Assembly (NCBI GenBank): GCA_028534125.1
Contig: CM052845.1
Coordinates: forward strand, 24,614,001 to 24,678,000
Reading direction: 5' to 3'
Length of the DNA: 64,000 bases
Source of the DNA: Lama glama
Lineage: Eukaryota
A program made the translations under genes and the position numbers. The stretch's first letter is position 1, and every line of letters starts with the position of its first letter. Below the pieces are notes generated by a model. The model saw nothing but the letters and a program-made list of their open reading frames with translations. It was not told the origin of the DNA and searched no databases. Positions 39,535 through 52,155 of the stretch are shown here, one piece after another.

Positions 39535-39615
39535 CATCATGGTTCCCAAACTGTGCTCCAAGGCAGCCTGGGTTACCAGGGCACGGCAGGAAGATGTTTA
39601 ATTTCAAGGGAAAGA
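39535..39615. mobile_element. hAT-Charlie-like DNA transposon terminus
   Basis: catggttcccaaactgtgctccaaggc resembles the Charlie-type TIR CAGTGGTTCCCAAAC. Confidence 0.4.
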
Positions 39616-41017
39616 GCAGCACTCCACTTCTGCTGGACCCAGGAACTGCCTGCTCAGTTCAGAGCAGAACCGCACGCCCCGGTAAGCAGGAGGAACGCCA
39701 CCACCCGGGCATGCTCCTGACCCGCCCACGGAGCGAGAACCAGCAAACGCTTCCTCCTCAGTCTCAGGGTCCCCACAGCACCTGGCCCGCTCCCCGGTCA
39801 CAGCCAGGCACCCGTGACTGGAAAAATGTCGCTGCATCACCCGAGTGACCGCACATTTTTAGGAAAATGATAAAACCACGACGTCACACTTGCCCTCCGT
39901 GGAGTTTAGCACTCGACTTCCTCCTCGAGGGGCCGACGTTCCAGATTCTCACTGCCCAGCGTCTGCCCCTCACCCCCCGTCATCCGGGTGCCGGGTCAGG
40001 TAGCGCTCTCACCTCCACTGGCTCAGTCTTTACCATTTTGTCATTTTGTCCCATCAGAAGAGTTTAGTTGACACTTGGGTCCTCTGTGGAGTCCCTGTGA
40101 CTGCTTTTGAAGAATTCTAATAACTTTGAATCCGTCCCGACGTGAGAACAGCCATCGCCACCCCCCAGATTAAATTTCTTTCAGTGACCCCTGCAGAGCC
40201 CGAGGAGTGAGAAGGACCAGAGAGGGACCCAAACCACCCCAGATGTTCCATTCACGGCACCGCTGGTTGAAAACGAACGGCACGCTCGCAGTCACAGGAC
40301 ACGTCGCAAAGTTATTGTCGTAAGAAGATGTTTTACACTTTCAGCTGTTAGCATTCGGGACGAACATTATTTTTATCTCGGAATGCTTAAAGAAACCCGG
40401 TTCTTTATCACGGCACAAGTTAAGCCGGTTTGCAAAGGCTTTTTGGACTCTAGGGGGGAAAATAATACATCTTCAAATGCTTCACTAAAGGGTCCACATG
40501 AGTTGCGACCAAGACCAGAACCCAGCCTCTCCCTCCATCCCGGACGACCCCGCCCACATCGCCCAGATTCCACCGCCTCTTCACAAACATCTACAAAGAG
40601 CGACTGTCCTAACGCTCTGTAAAGAGTAAAGACAGTTTCACAGCTTTGACAGATTCTACTACGTGTGAACGGAAGCACCTCGAGATAACCTGACAGAGGC
40701 ACAAGTTCGAAAGTAAACAGGTGGGACCAACCACCAGTACCTGAAGGAGCTTCGCGTGAACCTCCCTGGAGAAGGAGGTTCTGCTGTGTTAGAAGGTGCC
40801 ATACGTGGGTGTCAGGAACCCAGAGGTTTGACCCAAGTCACTGCCCTGTCCCCCTGTGGGGACGAGCCCACCCAGCCGTCTGCCTGGGGAGTCATTATGT
40901 GGACTGGAGCTGTCCAGAGGAGCTGCGGGAGGAGGCATCTTTAGGATAAATTTCAGGGGGAGGAACGATGTCACTTTGCCAGCACCTTGGAATGGCTCAG
41001 GTGAAGGAGTCGCTGAC

Positions 41018-41175
41018 TCGCAGGAGTTCTTTGTGAAACCCGGACACACGTCCCTTACATGTGGATGCTCTGTAATTATTTTCTCTCACTCTTCGGGTTG
41101 TTTCTGCGGTTCTACGATGACGTCCTTTGATGCACAAAAGATTTTTTAAATTTTGATCAAGTCCAATTGTCCATG
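41018..41175 (-). mobile_element. Old L1 ORF2 fragment
   Basis: aggagttctttg...attattttctctcactc...tcctttgatgcacaaaagattttttaaattttgatcaagtccaatt. Confidence 0.7.
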
Positions 41176-42071
41176 TAAGTCCCGAATCTCGATTCACCCT
41201 CCCAGGTTCCCAAATCATCATCTGGGCCACAGCAAGACCCTTAAATAAGGAGGGCTGCAGAAGGCTGTGCTTTGATGTCTGCAGTTAAACACGCTTCCTG
41301 CAGGTTAAAACAGTTTCACGCGCATTCTAGCTTAAAAAATGTTGCAAATCATTTAAGCACCAAAATTCCATATTTGCTTAGATGGTTTTAATTCTGTTAT
41401 CAACATCACGATGCTCTGGGGTCTGATATATGTCATGCAAAGTGCACTGAAACTAACTGTGTTTTTCAGCCTGAAATCAAGGCCACAGAACATACTAGAA
41501 ACTGTACAGCTCATGTCTATAAAGTCACCAATTTAATTGAATAATTAAAGCATTTTTTCATACACTACATTTTAAGAATATTTCATTAAAGTAATTACAC
41601 ATTTCTAAGGATGTAATTGTGTATTCCCATTTCTTAGATATAAGGAGAAAGCTCTCCTTCGTTTGAAAAAATAAATGATGTACACACAGGGCGTCCTGGT
41701 TACTGTGTCAAGTGCACCCATGAAGTCCCAACATCTAAGAGGGGTGAGCAGAGGGATGTCGGGGAAGACACGAGCTCCTCTTCATACTACCGGAGCCCCT
41801 CTGCCCAGTGCCCACACTCCTGTGGGATGAAGTGAGTCACACCGGCGGCTGTCCAGCCCATGCTGAGCGGACAGTGACTCTGTCACTTTTCTTCCTGTCC
41901 TCGCTGCTCAGATAAGAACTCGTTCAGTAAGAAGCTGGAGTTGTCCACGTTCCACAATAAATGACAGCGACCAGCCAGTCTCGGCCTGAAGTGACCAAGT
42001 AGAGATTAGAGACTCAGGGAACATTAAAAGGAAAAGAAAGCTGGTAAAACAAATACACATCAAAGAGCGAG

Positions 42072-42245
42072 GGTGTGTGCAGGAGTGTGAGCGCAGGTGT
42101 GTGTGCAGCTGTGTGTGTGGGGGGGTGTGTGTGCAAGTGTCTGAGTGTAGGTGTGTCTGTGCAGGTGTGTGAGTACAGGCGTGTGAGTGCAGGTGTGTGA
42201 GCACAGACACATGTGTGTGCAGGTGTGTGTGTGCAGCTGTGTGCT
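42072..42245. repeat. TG-rich low-complexity repeat (gtgtgcaggtgtgt units)
   Basis: Directly visible. Confidence 0.9.
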
Positions 42246-42935
42246 GGTTAAGCCCCCAGACCGTGGTGCCATGCTACAACACAGGGGTCAGGTCAGACCC
42301 TGTGCTCAGAGCACAAAGCCCTCCACGGCTCTGCCGGCTGGCTGCTTCCACCAACACACCTGCATGGCCTCCCCTGGGTCCATGGCGGCAACAGCCTGTT
42401 TGATCATCCCAGAAGGGACAGGGGCTGGAAAGCAAATGCCTGTTCGACAGCCACCCTGTGCATGCAGCTCTCACAAGAGAGGAGCTGTCAGCTCACAGGG
42501 GTCACCTCCTCCAGGCAGCAGAATAGCCAGCTGTGACTGCACAAGCGCGCGGCAGCCCTGGTGCGGCTTTTAGGACAGAGACGTTCACAAAGGCAGGCCT
42601 GGAGACCCCTGAGAAGGTTTGGAGTTAAGGCCCTTGTCATGACAGTGGGGTGAAGGGCTGGATGCTGAGGGCGTGGAGTCTGTCTGTGGGTGACAGTCCT
42701 GCTCAGGATACTGCGGCCCCTCACGTCTCCAAGGAGGGCTCTGCGCTCCTGCACGTGACGCCACCGCTGCCGACCACGACGCTCCTACAGAGCCTCGGCC
42801 CCTCCCCCACCAGGCTGCCCTGAGTGGAGGGTCTCCCCGCCCCACCCCCGGGAGAAGGCTAGTGCATCGGGACGGGTCAGGACCACCCATCACAGGCAAC
42901 AGACCGCTGACCTGGGTCAGGCCGAACGAAAGCAA

Positions 42936-42950
42936 GTTACCAAGGGCAAC
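42936..42950. promoter_or_regulatory. RFX X-box-like motif with a 3-nt spacer
   Basis: GTTACC-AAG-GGCAAC fits GTNRCC(N0-3)RGYAAC. Confidence 0.4.
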
Positions 42951-43002
42951 AGAGCCAAGGGGCCACTTAGCTGAGATTGGTGCCCTCCTCCTTCTCTCTC
43001 CA

Positions 43003-43400
43003 AACCGCTTTATCGAGGCATGACTGACGTGTGACCCACTGTACACAGTTACCGTGCACAACTCGATGAGTCTGGGGGAAGGAATCACACTCGCGCCACC
43101 ATCGGCACCGCCGAGGCCACAGACGTCCCTGCCCCCTTATCACTGTGTCATCACCCTTACACGTGCACCTGTGTGCGGTAAGAACACAGCATAGCATCTG
43201 CCATCCTAGGAAGTGTCAAGAACACAGAGCAGGACCACAGACTCGCTCACCGGCAGGACCGACGCTTTGCGCCCTGTGGCCGCCGCCCCCCAGCCCCCCA
43301 TAGCCTCCCTCCTACCCTCTGCCTCTGTAGTCTGGCCTCTCAGGGGCCTCGGGTGAGCGAGACCACGCAGCGTCTGCCTTCCTGCGTCTGGCTCGAAACC
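43003..43400 (-). mobile_element. Old L1 (L1MA/MB-like) 3' UTR, GC-shifted
   Basis: gctttatcgaggcatgactgac...ctgtacacagttaccgtgcacaactcgatgag...tgtgcggtaagaacac...ctaccctctgcctctgtag...gtgagcgagaccacgcagcgtctgccttcctgcgtctggctc. Confidence 0.7.
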
Positions 43401-44071
43401 TCCCACTTCCTGCTGGTCACAGGCAGGCCTTTTCCCACTGGTCCATCTATTTCTCATCCTCTGTTTAGCTATGACTTTACAGGATGAAATAAAACACTTC
43501 TGTATTTTGTAGCAGCTAATACCTCAGAATTCACTAAAAATATCCTGTGATAAAAATCTTCATACAAATTATAAAGTAATGAGCCAAGAGGGAGCACAAC
43601 TATGATGGTGACAAAGGTAACTAGGAGTTAAGGAAACGCCTTCACAAATATTAACTTCAAAAATCTCATGAATGTTCACATTTAAATTTTAGTCTCTCTA
43701 CCACATGTCTCTGAACAATCAAATCTTCACATAGGTGGCAGCCCTGGCGGTAAACACGATGATTCTGGAGAAGAGCTAACACACCAACTGGCCTCGCTGG
43801 TCAGTCACAACGACCAAGCACACACGAAGGCTCTTCATGGGTCCCTCAGGTCTCATGACAATTTATCTACATCTATAGTTTTAGTAAGAATGTGCCGTTC
43901 TCTCTGTCAGAATAAACAGAAATATTTTGGAAGACAAGTATTTGTAACCATAACAATTCCAGAACCCTGAGATAAGTTTCTTTTTTCAAATTTTCTGTAA
44001 TTTTGAGATAGTTTAAAATGAAAACCTTCAAAGGAACCTAAGAACACTATGCACACATACGGCGCCCAGCA

Positions 44072-44092
44072 CCCAGCACCGCGGACAGCGCC
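44072..44092 (+). promoter_or_regulatory. RE1/NRSE (REST-binding) motif
   Basis: CCCAGCACCGCGGACAGCGCC matches the consensus except for the first two bases (TT replaced by CC). Confidence 0.65.
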
Positions 44093-44239
44093 CAGCACAG
44101 CCTGGTCACTCAGCGAAGGTCTGCTGGACGAGTGAAAGCAACCAGTGAAAACTGGGACACACTTCATGCTCGCAGTAAATACCAAAAGCACTAAACCTGC
44201 GCGTACCCGTCTCCCTACTGACCTATCTACCAATTTATC

Positions 44240-44600
44240 CAAAGGACATACGTTGTATATGAAAGACACATATGAAAATATTCCTGTGGTATTTTTCTAA
44301 TGCAGCAAAGTAACAGAAACAAGGGAGAAATCCCATGAATTACTTGAATTATGCTTCAGGCACACAATGGAATATTATAAATATTAGAAAAAGCACAGAG
44401 AAGTATTTACAATACAATGTTAAGAAAAATATTACAAAACAGCATGCGTATTCCTCTATTTACATAATCTATGTACAGAAAACATGAATAAAATAAGAAT
44501 CCAAGTAGCAACAGTGATTCTCTCTGGAAGAGGATGTAGATGAGTTTTCCCTTTGGCTTAACTTAATCTCTTATTTTCTCTACCAGAAACACTACAATTT
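44240..44600 (+). mobile_element. Ancient L1ME-like 3' fragment
   Basis: AT-rich, with cacacaatggaatattat...ttacaaaacagcatg...aacagtgattctctctgg. Confidence 0.5.
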
Positions 44601-44659
44601 TTTCTTCAGGGAACATACAGAGTAGTGCCCCTGCCACTCCCCCACCCCCCCCCCCCGTA

Positions 44660-44825
44660 CAGATCAAGTTTAGATTTACTCCTTGCTCTGCAATTTCCCA
44701 ACTGGGTCACATTTCTCTCCAACATGTTTCCACAACCATGTAACAGAGAAAACGCTCCCGTCTTAAAAGTGGTGTGAAAATCACACGAGTGCTCAGTAAA
44801 TAGTATCACTTTATTTATCACTAGT
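44660..44825 (+). mobile_element. MIR fragment
   Basis: actgggtcacatttctctcc...gtttccacaaccatgtaa...gagtgctcagtaaatagt. Confidence 0.45.
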
Positions 44826-46087
44826 ATAATGAAAAGGCTGGGGGGTGGCATTGAATGTTTTCCTTTGGAAACGGCCACCTCGTAAACAGTGTCCCCATCA
44901 AGTTCTTCCTCATCAGACAAATAACACTAAATTGGCAACATTTTATTTCTCCACTTTGGGTAACAAGGTATCGAGAAGCTGTATCTTCATGTCACAGAGA
45001 TGACTTCAGACCAGCATGAGATTGAAAACCCAGCACCACCTCCATTTTGGACCAGTGCTCTGGCTCTGAATGAATTTCCTGCAGTTACTGAACGTCAAGT
45101 CCTGAGGCACCCGCGGCAGGTGCTGGAGGGCACAGAACACGTCGTGGGCCCCGTGGTCCTCTGCAGAGCAGAAGGGAACCCACTGCAGTGACTGGTCCAC
45201 CTGCCTTACTTCTGGTACCTTGTTTAAAAATATTAAATGCTGCTGTGTCCTGACAAATATCTTCCATGGTTCCTATCTTACTGTTAACAGAAAGTCAACA
45301 CTGGTTTCACAGGCTCAGGATTCCAAAGAGGCAACACTGGCTTATGGTGCCCTGGGCTTCCCGCAGAGCGGAGCCTCCATTTCCTCCAGCCTGGGGCTCC
45401 TACTCCTCCCTGTTAAGTGACTCTGTGCCCCGTGATTTACAGCAGACTCTGAAGTGACCTGCAGACGGATCTGGACACTGAAGACTGCTGCGTCCCAGGC
45501 TCTGGGTCCCTTACACCGAAGATGCTGTGGTCTCACTGCTGCGTTCCAGGCTCCTGCCTCCAGCTCTCAGGCTTCCCTGTGGATTTCAACACTTTGCTCA
45601 AAAGGAACCACCGGATCCTGATTGCTGTCAACAAGGTCCTCCATCTGCCACTGCCCAGCCATCAGCGGCCAGCCTCGGGGGGCCTGGCACACTGGCTGCT
45701 ACCCCTTCTCCCACTCACCAGAAAGCAAACACGCAGAAGGCCAGAGGCACCGGCCTCCCCCAACAGCTCGGCTCGCAGAGTGCGGCTGGGAAGCACAGCC
45801 CCAGCCATCAGCCAGGACGATGCAGCCAGCAGCCCCCGGCCATCATCCCCCTCTTCTCTTTTTTGTTTTCTTTTTTCAAGAAATACCCTGTGACAGAGAA
45901 TGACTGATGACTGTGTTTACCCAGAGCCCACGTGCAAAGACTTGAGGGTGGCATTCGGGTCCTGTTGGTTCTCCCATGGCCTGAGGAGGAAAAGACAGGG
46001 GGACGGGCTTCTGATAAACCTGACCTTTAAAATAAATAATTTAACGAAATGTGACACCTCATGTGTGAATAATAAAGTTCCTTCCTT

Positions 46088-46185
46088 GGACAGGTGAGGA
46101 GACTGAGGTCCAGAAGGGAACATGGCTGATCACGGCTGCTGAGAGACGGACCAGAGCCGGGACCCAGGGACAGATCTCCTTACCA
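46088..46185 (-). mobile_element. MIR core fragment
   Basis: acaggtgaggagactgaggtccaga. Confidence 0.55.
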
Positions 46186-47984
46186 CCACGCACCCGGATT
46201 TTCTTCAGCAAACACTTTGTCGTTTCTGCCATGACTGTGTCTCGGTAGCGATCCCAGCTCTCCCAGATCCTGCTTCTGCTCGCCCTTCCCTCCATATCTG
46301 CACTTTGGGTCCATGTAACCCGGTTTTGGCCTGAGCTCCACCCCAGTGCCCCTCCACACACTGCGGTGTCCACCACGCCCCGCATGTCCAACCACACAAG
46401 TCAGTGCAGACGCAGCAAGTGTCACGTGCAGCATGCAGGTGACCACACCCTGGGCTTCCTCCCGCTTCATGGCCTCCTGGGCACGTCCTGGGCATGTCCT
46501 GGGTGCGTCCACCAGCTCCTCTCTGAGCCAGGAAGGTAGGGGTTTGCTGCAGTCCCAGAGCTGAGACGTCTTAACATCCTTAGTTAAATAAGCCCGAGGA
46601 GGCACTGCCCTCAACACACCCCTGTGTGCAGGCTGGCCCCACAGGTGGAGGGGCAGTCCCGCCTGCCCAGTCCCTGGGCCCCAGCCATCACCCCGCAACT
46701 CCCACAAATCATTCCCGCCACTTCTGTCCCTTTATCTCTGCGGATGCTTCGCATGTTTATCTCTGAAGGTTCACTGACTTCACCCTCCACCGTGTGCACA
46801 TCTTACTTCACTTTAGAGAGAAGTTTACAGAGAATCGAGCCCCTGCGCCTTCTCACCCCAGACCCCTCCCCGCTCCTGCCCCGTGGCATCGGGAGGGTCC
46901 CAGGGATCAAGGAAGCCTCTGCACCGGCCCCATGGAGACTCCCTCCTCCCGACCCCGTCCTCCTGGCCGGTCCTGCTGCTCCCCGAGCAGCTGGAGCTGG
47001 AGCCACCCCGTGGCAGTGCCCCAGGAGATGCTCTGATTCAGGAGCAGCTGGTGTCTCCTGATTTTTGTCATCACAGTTCACAAGGCGCTTTCACACGGAC
47101 TCAAGTCCTGGACCTTCGCCAGGCGAGAGAATCGAGACCCGGAGAAGTGAAGTCACGCCCACAGTCCAGCAGCGAGCATCCCACACAGCCTGCCCTAGCC
47201 CTGCGCCCCCAACGCGCTCAGCCACTTCTCCCGCGGAACCGGCCGCATCCCCACAGACCCCACGTCAGGACTCGGCAATTCAGCCCCTACCCACTGTTGG
47301 GCTGCGAACAGCCAGTTCCCCTCCTCCCTGACCCAGCTGGGCAGTGCTGCCTGGGACCGAGGGCCACGTTCACTCCACCCTCGGCCCATCCACGTGGCTC
47401 CCCACCTAATGGGGCCTGGCCCACGGCAGGGGCATCCTACCTGCCCGGGAGCTGGGAGAGGCTGCCGAGTCCTAGGTGAGAGCAGGAACAGGGCCTCCCC
47501 CCAGCACCCACCTTCTGCCTGAACTTCTGCATCACCAAGTCTTCATCCCCTTCCTGTCCCCTCCCCGAGGATGATGGGCTCCCAGGGAGACGTCAACAGT
47601 CATCCCCACCCCACGTCTCCCCCCAGCTCTCAGGCATCACAGCCCCGCGGGGCCATGTCAACGCCTCATTCCCCTGCAGAGAGCAGAGCTGGCCCTGCAG
47701 TGAGGGTGACCCCATCAGCTTGGATGCCAGCATCTCAGGACCCACACACCAGGTGCCAGTCCCACAGGTGCTGGATCCTGAAAAGGCTTCCTTGAGGTCT
47801 GGGGGGTGAGGGGTCACCTTCACAACAGGGGCGGCTTCGGGGCCACAAGGCCGTATTTCCGCCCTAACCACTGTCTTAGGGTGCTGGTGGCGCCCTCACC
47901 CCCGAGCCCGGCCCTCCCTCTCGCTCAGCCCAGGTGATGCCGCTCTGGGATGCACCCCATCCAACGCTACTCTCTCACCTCCTG

Positions 47985-48095
47985 CCCTTGAACATAGGCT
48001 CTGTCCTGACGGAGAAGTGCGCCTGCTGTGACCCCAGTGCCTGGACCTCACCCGACTTACAGCAGTGGTGAGCCCGTGTTTGATGAGTGAATAAC
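47985..48095 (+). mobile_element. LINE2 3' end
   Basis: ctgctgtgaccccagtgcctggac...gtgtttgatgagtgaataa. Confidence 0.5.
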
Positions 48096-48726
48096 AGAGG
48101 TACTTCCGAGGTGACTGTGGACGGAAATGACTGGGAGGCCTCTCGTCCTGGGGGCACTCGCTCCTCTGTCCTGAGGGTCCTGTTTCCCAGACACACAGAG
48201 ACGGCATCACAGCACCATGAGGACCAAAACGGCCAGTGTGTGTGACTCGGGGCTTAAGACTTTCCCCGATGCCCCAAACCAAAGCAAATCACTGCTGTGG
48301 TGACCCTGAGCAGTGTGGGCGAGGGGCCCAGACCATGTCCGGCCGGCCATCCAGGCAAGGAGGGGCTCGGGAATAGCCGCTGTCCGAATGCGCGGTGCTC
48401 AGAATCCTGAAGATGATGACCCCCCGCAGCAAGGCCTGCGGGCCAGCTCCTGACTCGGGACGGAACCACAGCAGCTCCGGGCAGGACGCCCTCGGGAGCC
48501 CGTCCTGAGGCGGCTGGGGGCTTCTTCCTGCACAGGGGGCCACGCCAGCCGCAGGGCCTCGCCGCAAAGACTCTTCCAGGCTGAGGCCCATCTCTCAGGG
48601 CTCATCTGGGGCGAGGCTGACGTGCCAGAGAAGGGAGGCCCCTTCTCGGGGGACAGGCGGGCACTGGGCTGAAGGCCCCCCTCCAGGTACCTGCGGCCAC
48701 GCAGCTCTCAGCTCTGCCGCCTGCAC

Positions 48727-48742
48727 CCACCAGGTGGCGCTG
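48727..48742 (+). promoter_or_regulatory. CTCF core motif
   Basis: CCACCAGGTGGCGCTG, an exact fit to CCASYAGRKGGCRS. Confidence 0.55.
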
Positions 48743-51600
48743 CCGCCCAGCCCTCGGGGAAGGGACCTCGCGTGGCTGCCTGCGGTGGAGTCAGTCCTCT
48801 GACTCCGGGCAGCCAGGAGGACGGTCCCTGACAAAGGCACCACTGCACTGCCCTGGGGCCCTGCGTCACCCCCCCCGCCCCCGTCTAAGACGGGATGGAC
48901 AGAGCCCGCCACGTTCTGCTTCTTGCTTTTTCCTATGTTTTGGTTTGTCAGGCTCCCGACGTCCCTGAAAGGATAAAGCAGACGGCTATTGGGAAGGCAT
49001 CGAGACCTCACGGTCCCTCCGGGGACACGCAGACACGGCAGGAAATCACTCTTCCCCGCACACCCAGCACTGCAGCCTCGCAAGTCTCCCCGGCCCAGTC
49101 CGGCCAGGGGTGCCTGTTCCCAGCAAGGTCACCAGCTCCGCACTGCCCTCTCCCTGCCCTGCAGGTCTCAGTGAGGGTGATCCCCTGTCCCCCAACATGG
49201 GGGCACACGTGGGTCATCTCGAGACACCACTGACTGCCAAGACCTGGAGGGTCTCGCAGGTAGGGGCCGGGGGCCGCTAAACAAACCCCAGGGCACGGAC
49301 GCCCCGACACAGAGTGACCCGGCCCCAACGTCCAGGGATGCAGACGCACCGACTCCCAGTTCCTTCCTGCTTGTTGAGGGTAAACGGCCCGAGCAGACTA
49401 TTCAGGAAACTGTACGCAGCACAGCAAGTTTTCAGGACACGACAGTTACTGCTGGCTACGTAGTACCTATAATTTTGTTTACGTTTCCCTGGACGTCATG
49501 CGACGGCGTGTCCTTCTGCCAAAGAAATCAGCTCCGAGTCCGTGCAATTAACAGTTTCCCCAAGACCCACATGGTGCGAAGTTCTGCTGAAACTCAGGAC
49601 ACTAACACGGTTTACAAAGTTGCCCCATGTCAAGCCCTGGTCCTCCTAAGCGGTCGCGCTGAAGTTTCACGCAACCTAGAAATAAAGCAGAAAGAAACGC
49701 TACCTCGCCACGCATTGTGTTCCATGCCGTGTGACGACTAAAGAAACCAGCATTATTCAGAGAGAAGCAATCGATGATTTAGGCAAAGCCCAGCAGGGGA
49801 TGAGACGCGTTACACACGTGTCCGCAGCAAACTGTCCCAGGTCCAGCCAGAGGGTGGCGCTCTGCTCTGGGCCCAGGGACATCAGGGACGGGACGCTCCA
49901 GTGGGACCCCCACCCACCCGGCTGCCAGGTCTGGGTGGCCCCTCACGCCTCCACCACCAACCACCCCCACCACCGGCAATGCTGGCTTCCCAGGAGCCCC
50001 GGGCAGTTCTACCAGCTTGTGCGGAGGGGATGCTGGGCAGAAGGGACAGTGACTGGCCTATTGGGGTGATTTATGCCAATTTAAGAAGGAAAGAGATGAA
50101 AGCATCCAGAGATTACAGAGTAACAGGGCGTAGTTATCCCCTGACCTCTAGAAAGGGCACAGGAACCCATCAGCCTCGTTTCCACGAGTCACTCACCACG
50201 TCCTCGCTGGAAACATGGGGTTCGACAGAGCTGTTTGCAGACAGAGCATTCAAGTGTGGACTGCGGTGGGGGCACCTGGAGAGAACTGGATGACGTCCCC
50301 TGCAGACCCCCACAGACGCTGCTGCGGACGCCCGGTCCTAACGTGCGGCCCACGAGCCTGAGCCCAGGAGGCTTCCAGGCAGAGGAATCTTGCACGGAAA
50401 CAAAGCCCTTTAATGTTGCTGTTTTCAGCTCCTCCGGGGGCTGAGGTGGACGACGGGTGACACAGGGAAACGAAGGGCCGCAGCTCTGCGCTCGGAACCT
50501 CGCTCTTTCCTGAGCCAGTGTCTCACGCCGCTAAAAGCTAGGAAAACCTAAACTCCCACAACAGACACTAAAATGCTAACTGTTATTCAAGGTCAAAAAT
50601 GTCAGTTTCAAGCACAGTCTAGAAACTCTCTTTCTCAGAGGCCAGTGCAGTGACCACAGTACAAACAGCCTTGTTTCAGAGTCCGAGGGCGAGTGGACTT
50701 GGGGGCGGGGGGAGGCTGCCTGGAGGAGGAAGGGCAGCCTGTGACGGGCAGGAGCAGCAGCAGCCGATGCCTCAGCTCTGAAAAAGGGTTCACTTTTCAG
50801 GAATCGGTCAGATGAAGGAAAACAGAAGCCCCAAGTCGCGGCTGTGAGGAGCATTTGTGCTCTGAGTCCTAAGTCTCCAGAATCAACCAAGCCCCAAAGA
50901 AACCGTTCAGCGTGAGAAATGGAGTGGGGGGTGAGGTGCAGAGAAAGAACTTCGCCCCTGAACTCGTCACACCAGGTACCGGGAACGTGTGATGCAAACA
51001 CCTAGAAAGAGCTGGCTGCCACCCAGCAGGCCTGCAAGGAAGCACCTCCCATCAGCGGTCACACACCGTCCCAGCTCACTGCCAGAGGAGCCGGGGTCCC
51101 GGTCAGGGAGAGCCGTGGGGCACAGCTCAGCGCCAAGCGGTGCTCGCACCCACCAGCCACTCGTCTGTAAACGCAGAGCTGTGCTGTACTTGTCATCTCA
51201 GGATTCCCCCTTTCAGGGAGAGTTCCACGTTTTCAACATCGTTATCAACACAGAAAAACACAGACTGCGGTCGACCTCCTGGAGTTTGAGGGGGAAATTT
51301 AAGCACATGGAGTCCATGTGTTTCCACTGACTTCTGCCACGATGTCCCAGTTTAAGATGCACCATTGGCTCTTCACGTGGTCTTACGTAGGTGGCCCTCC
51401 CCGTACCGAGGAGGGGAGCCCGGCCGGGGCGCACGCCCTCCACGGCTGCCGCGCCACCAGACATGTGGTGACTGCACTTTGCAGTGCACCTGGTCCTAAT
51501 GCAGAGGTTCCACGAGTGAAAACATACCCTGGGCCGCAGACTTCGCAGCAAAAAACACAGCTGCAAACCCCTCCTTAAAAACTTTCTACTGATGGCACCT

Positions 51601-52155
51601 TGTGCAGAACAGCATGAACACAGCAGGCCTGAGGCTGCCACCTGTAGAAAGGCCTGCTCGCAAAGCTGACCCTTGCTGACGTCCAAGCCTTGAGTGGCGA
51701 ACAGTTCCCACCCCATAAACTGATGTGAAATGTCCCCTGATTGGTGAGACTGGCTCACTGCGCCTACGCGCTAGTGTAAACACTGTAAGGTGTGCAGAAC
51801 ACCTGCTTCCCCTCTGGGAGTCTGGAATCATAGTGACCACGGTCGTCACGAAGGCACTGGGCGGCCACCCCACAAAACCCTGGACTCCTGTGTGAGGCGA
51901 GCATCTCTGATCAGCACGTGTTGTCCCAGCTCACTGCCAGAGGAGCCGGGGTCCTGCGAGACTTCACTGGGAGGAAACCCTTGGAAACTGCATCTTGTTT
52001 CTCTGGACTTCGCCTCCACGCACCTCGTCCCTTTGCTGACTTCACGTTGCTTCCTTTCATGGGAATAAATCTTACCTGTGAGCAAGACCGCATCTCGAGC
52101 CCTGTCAGCCCCAGGAAATCACCACGCCTGGCGTTGGTCTCGGGACCCTGACACA
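51601..52155 (+). mobile_element. MER68-like ERVL LTR (full length), followed by a PBS and the start of internal sequence
   Basis: TG...CA termini: tgtgcagaacagcatgaacacagcaggcctgaggctg...tagaaaggcctgc...ctgggagtctggaat...aataaa...gggaccctgacaca. Then TGGTGTCAGAAGTGGG (52158-52173), a tRNA-Leu-type primer binding site. Confidence 0.8.
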
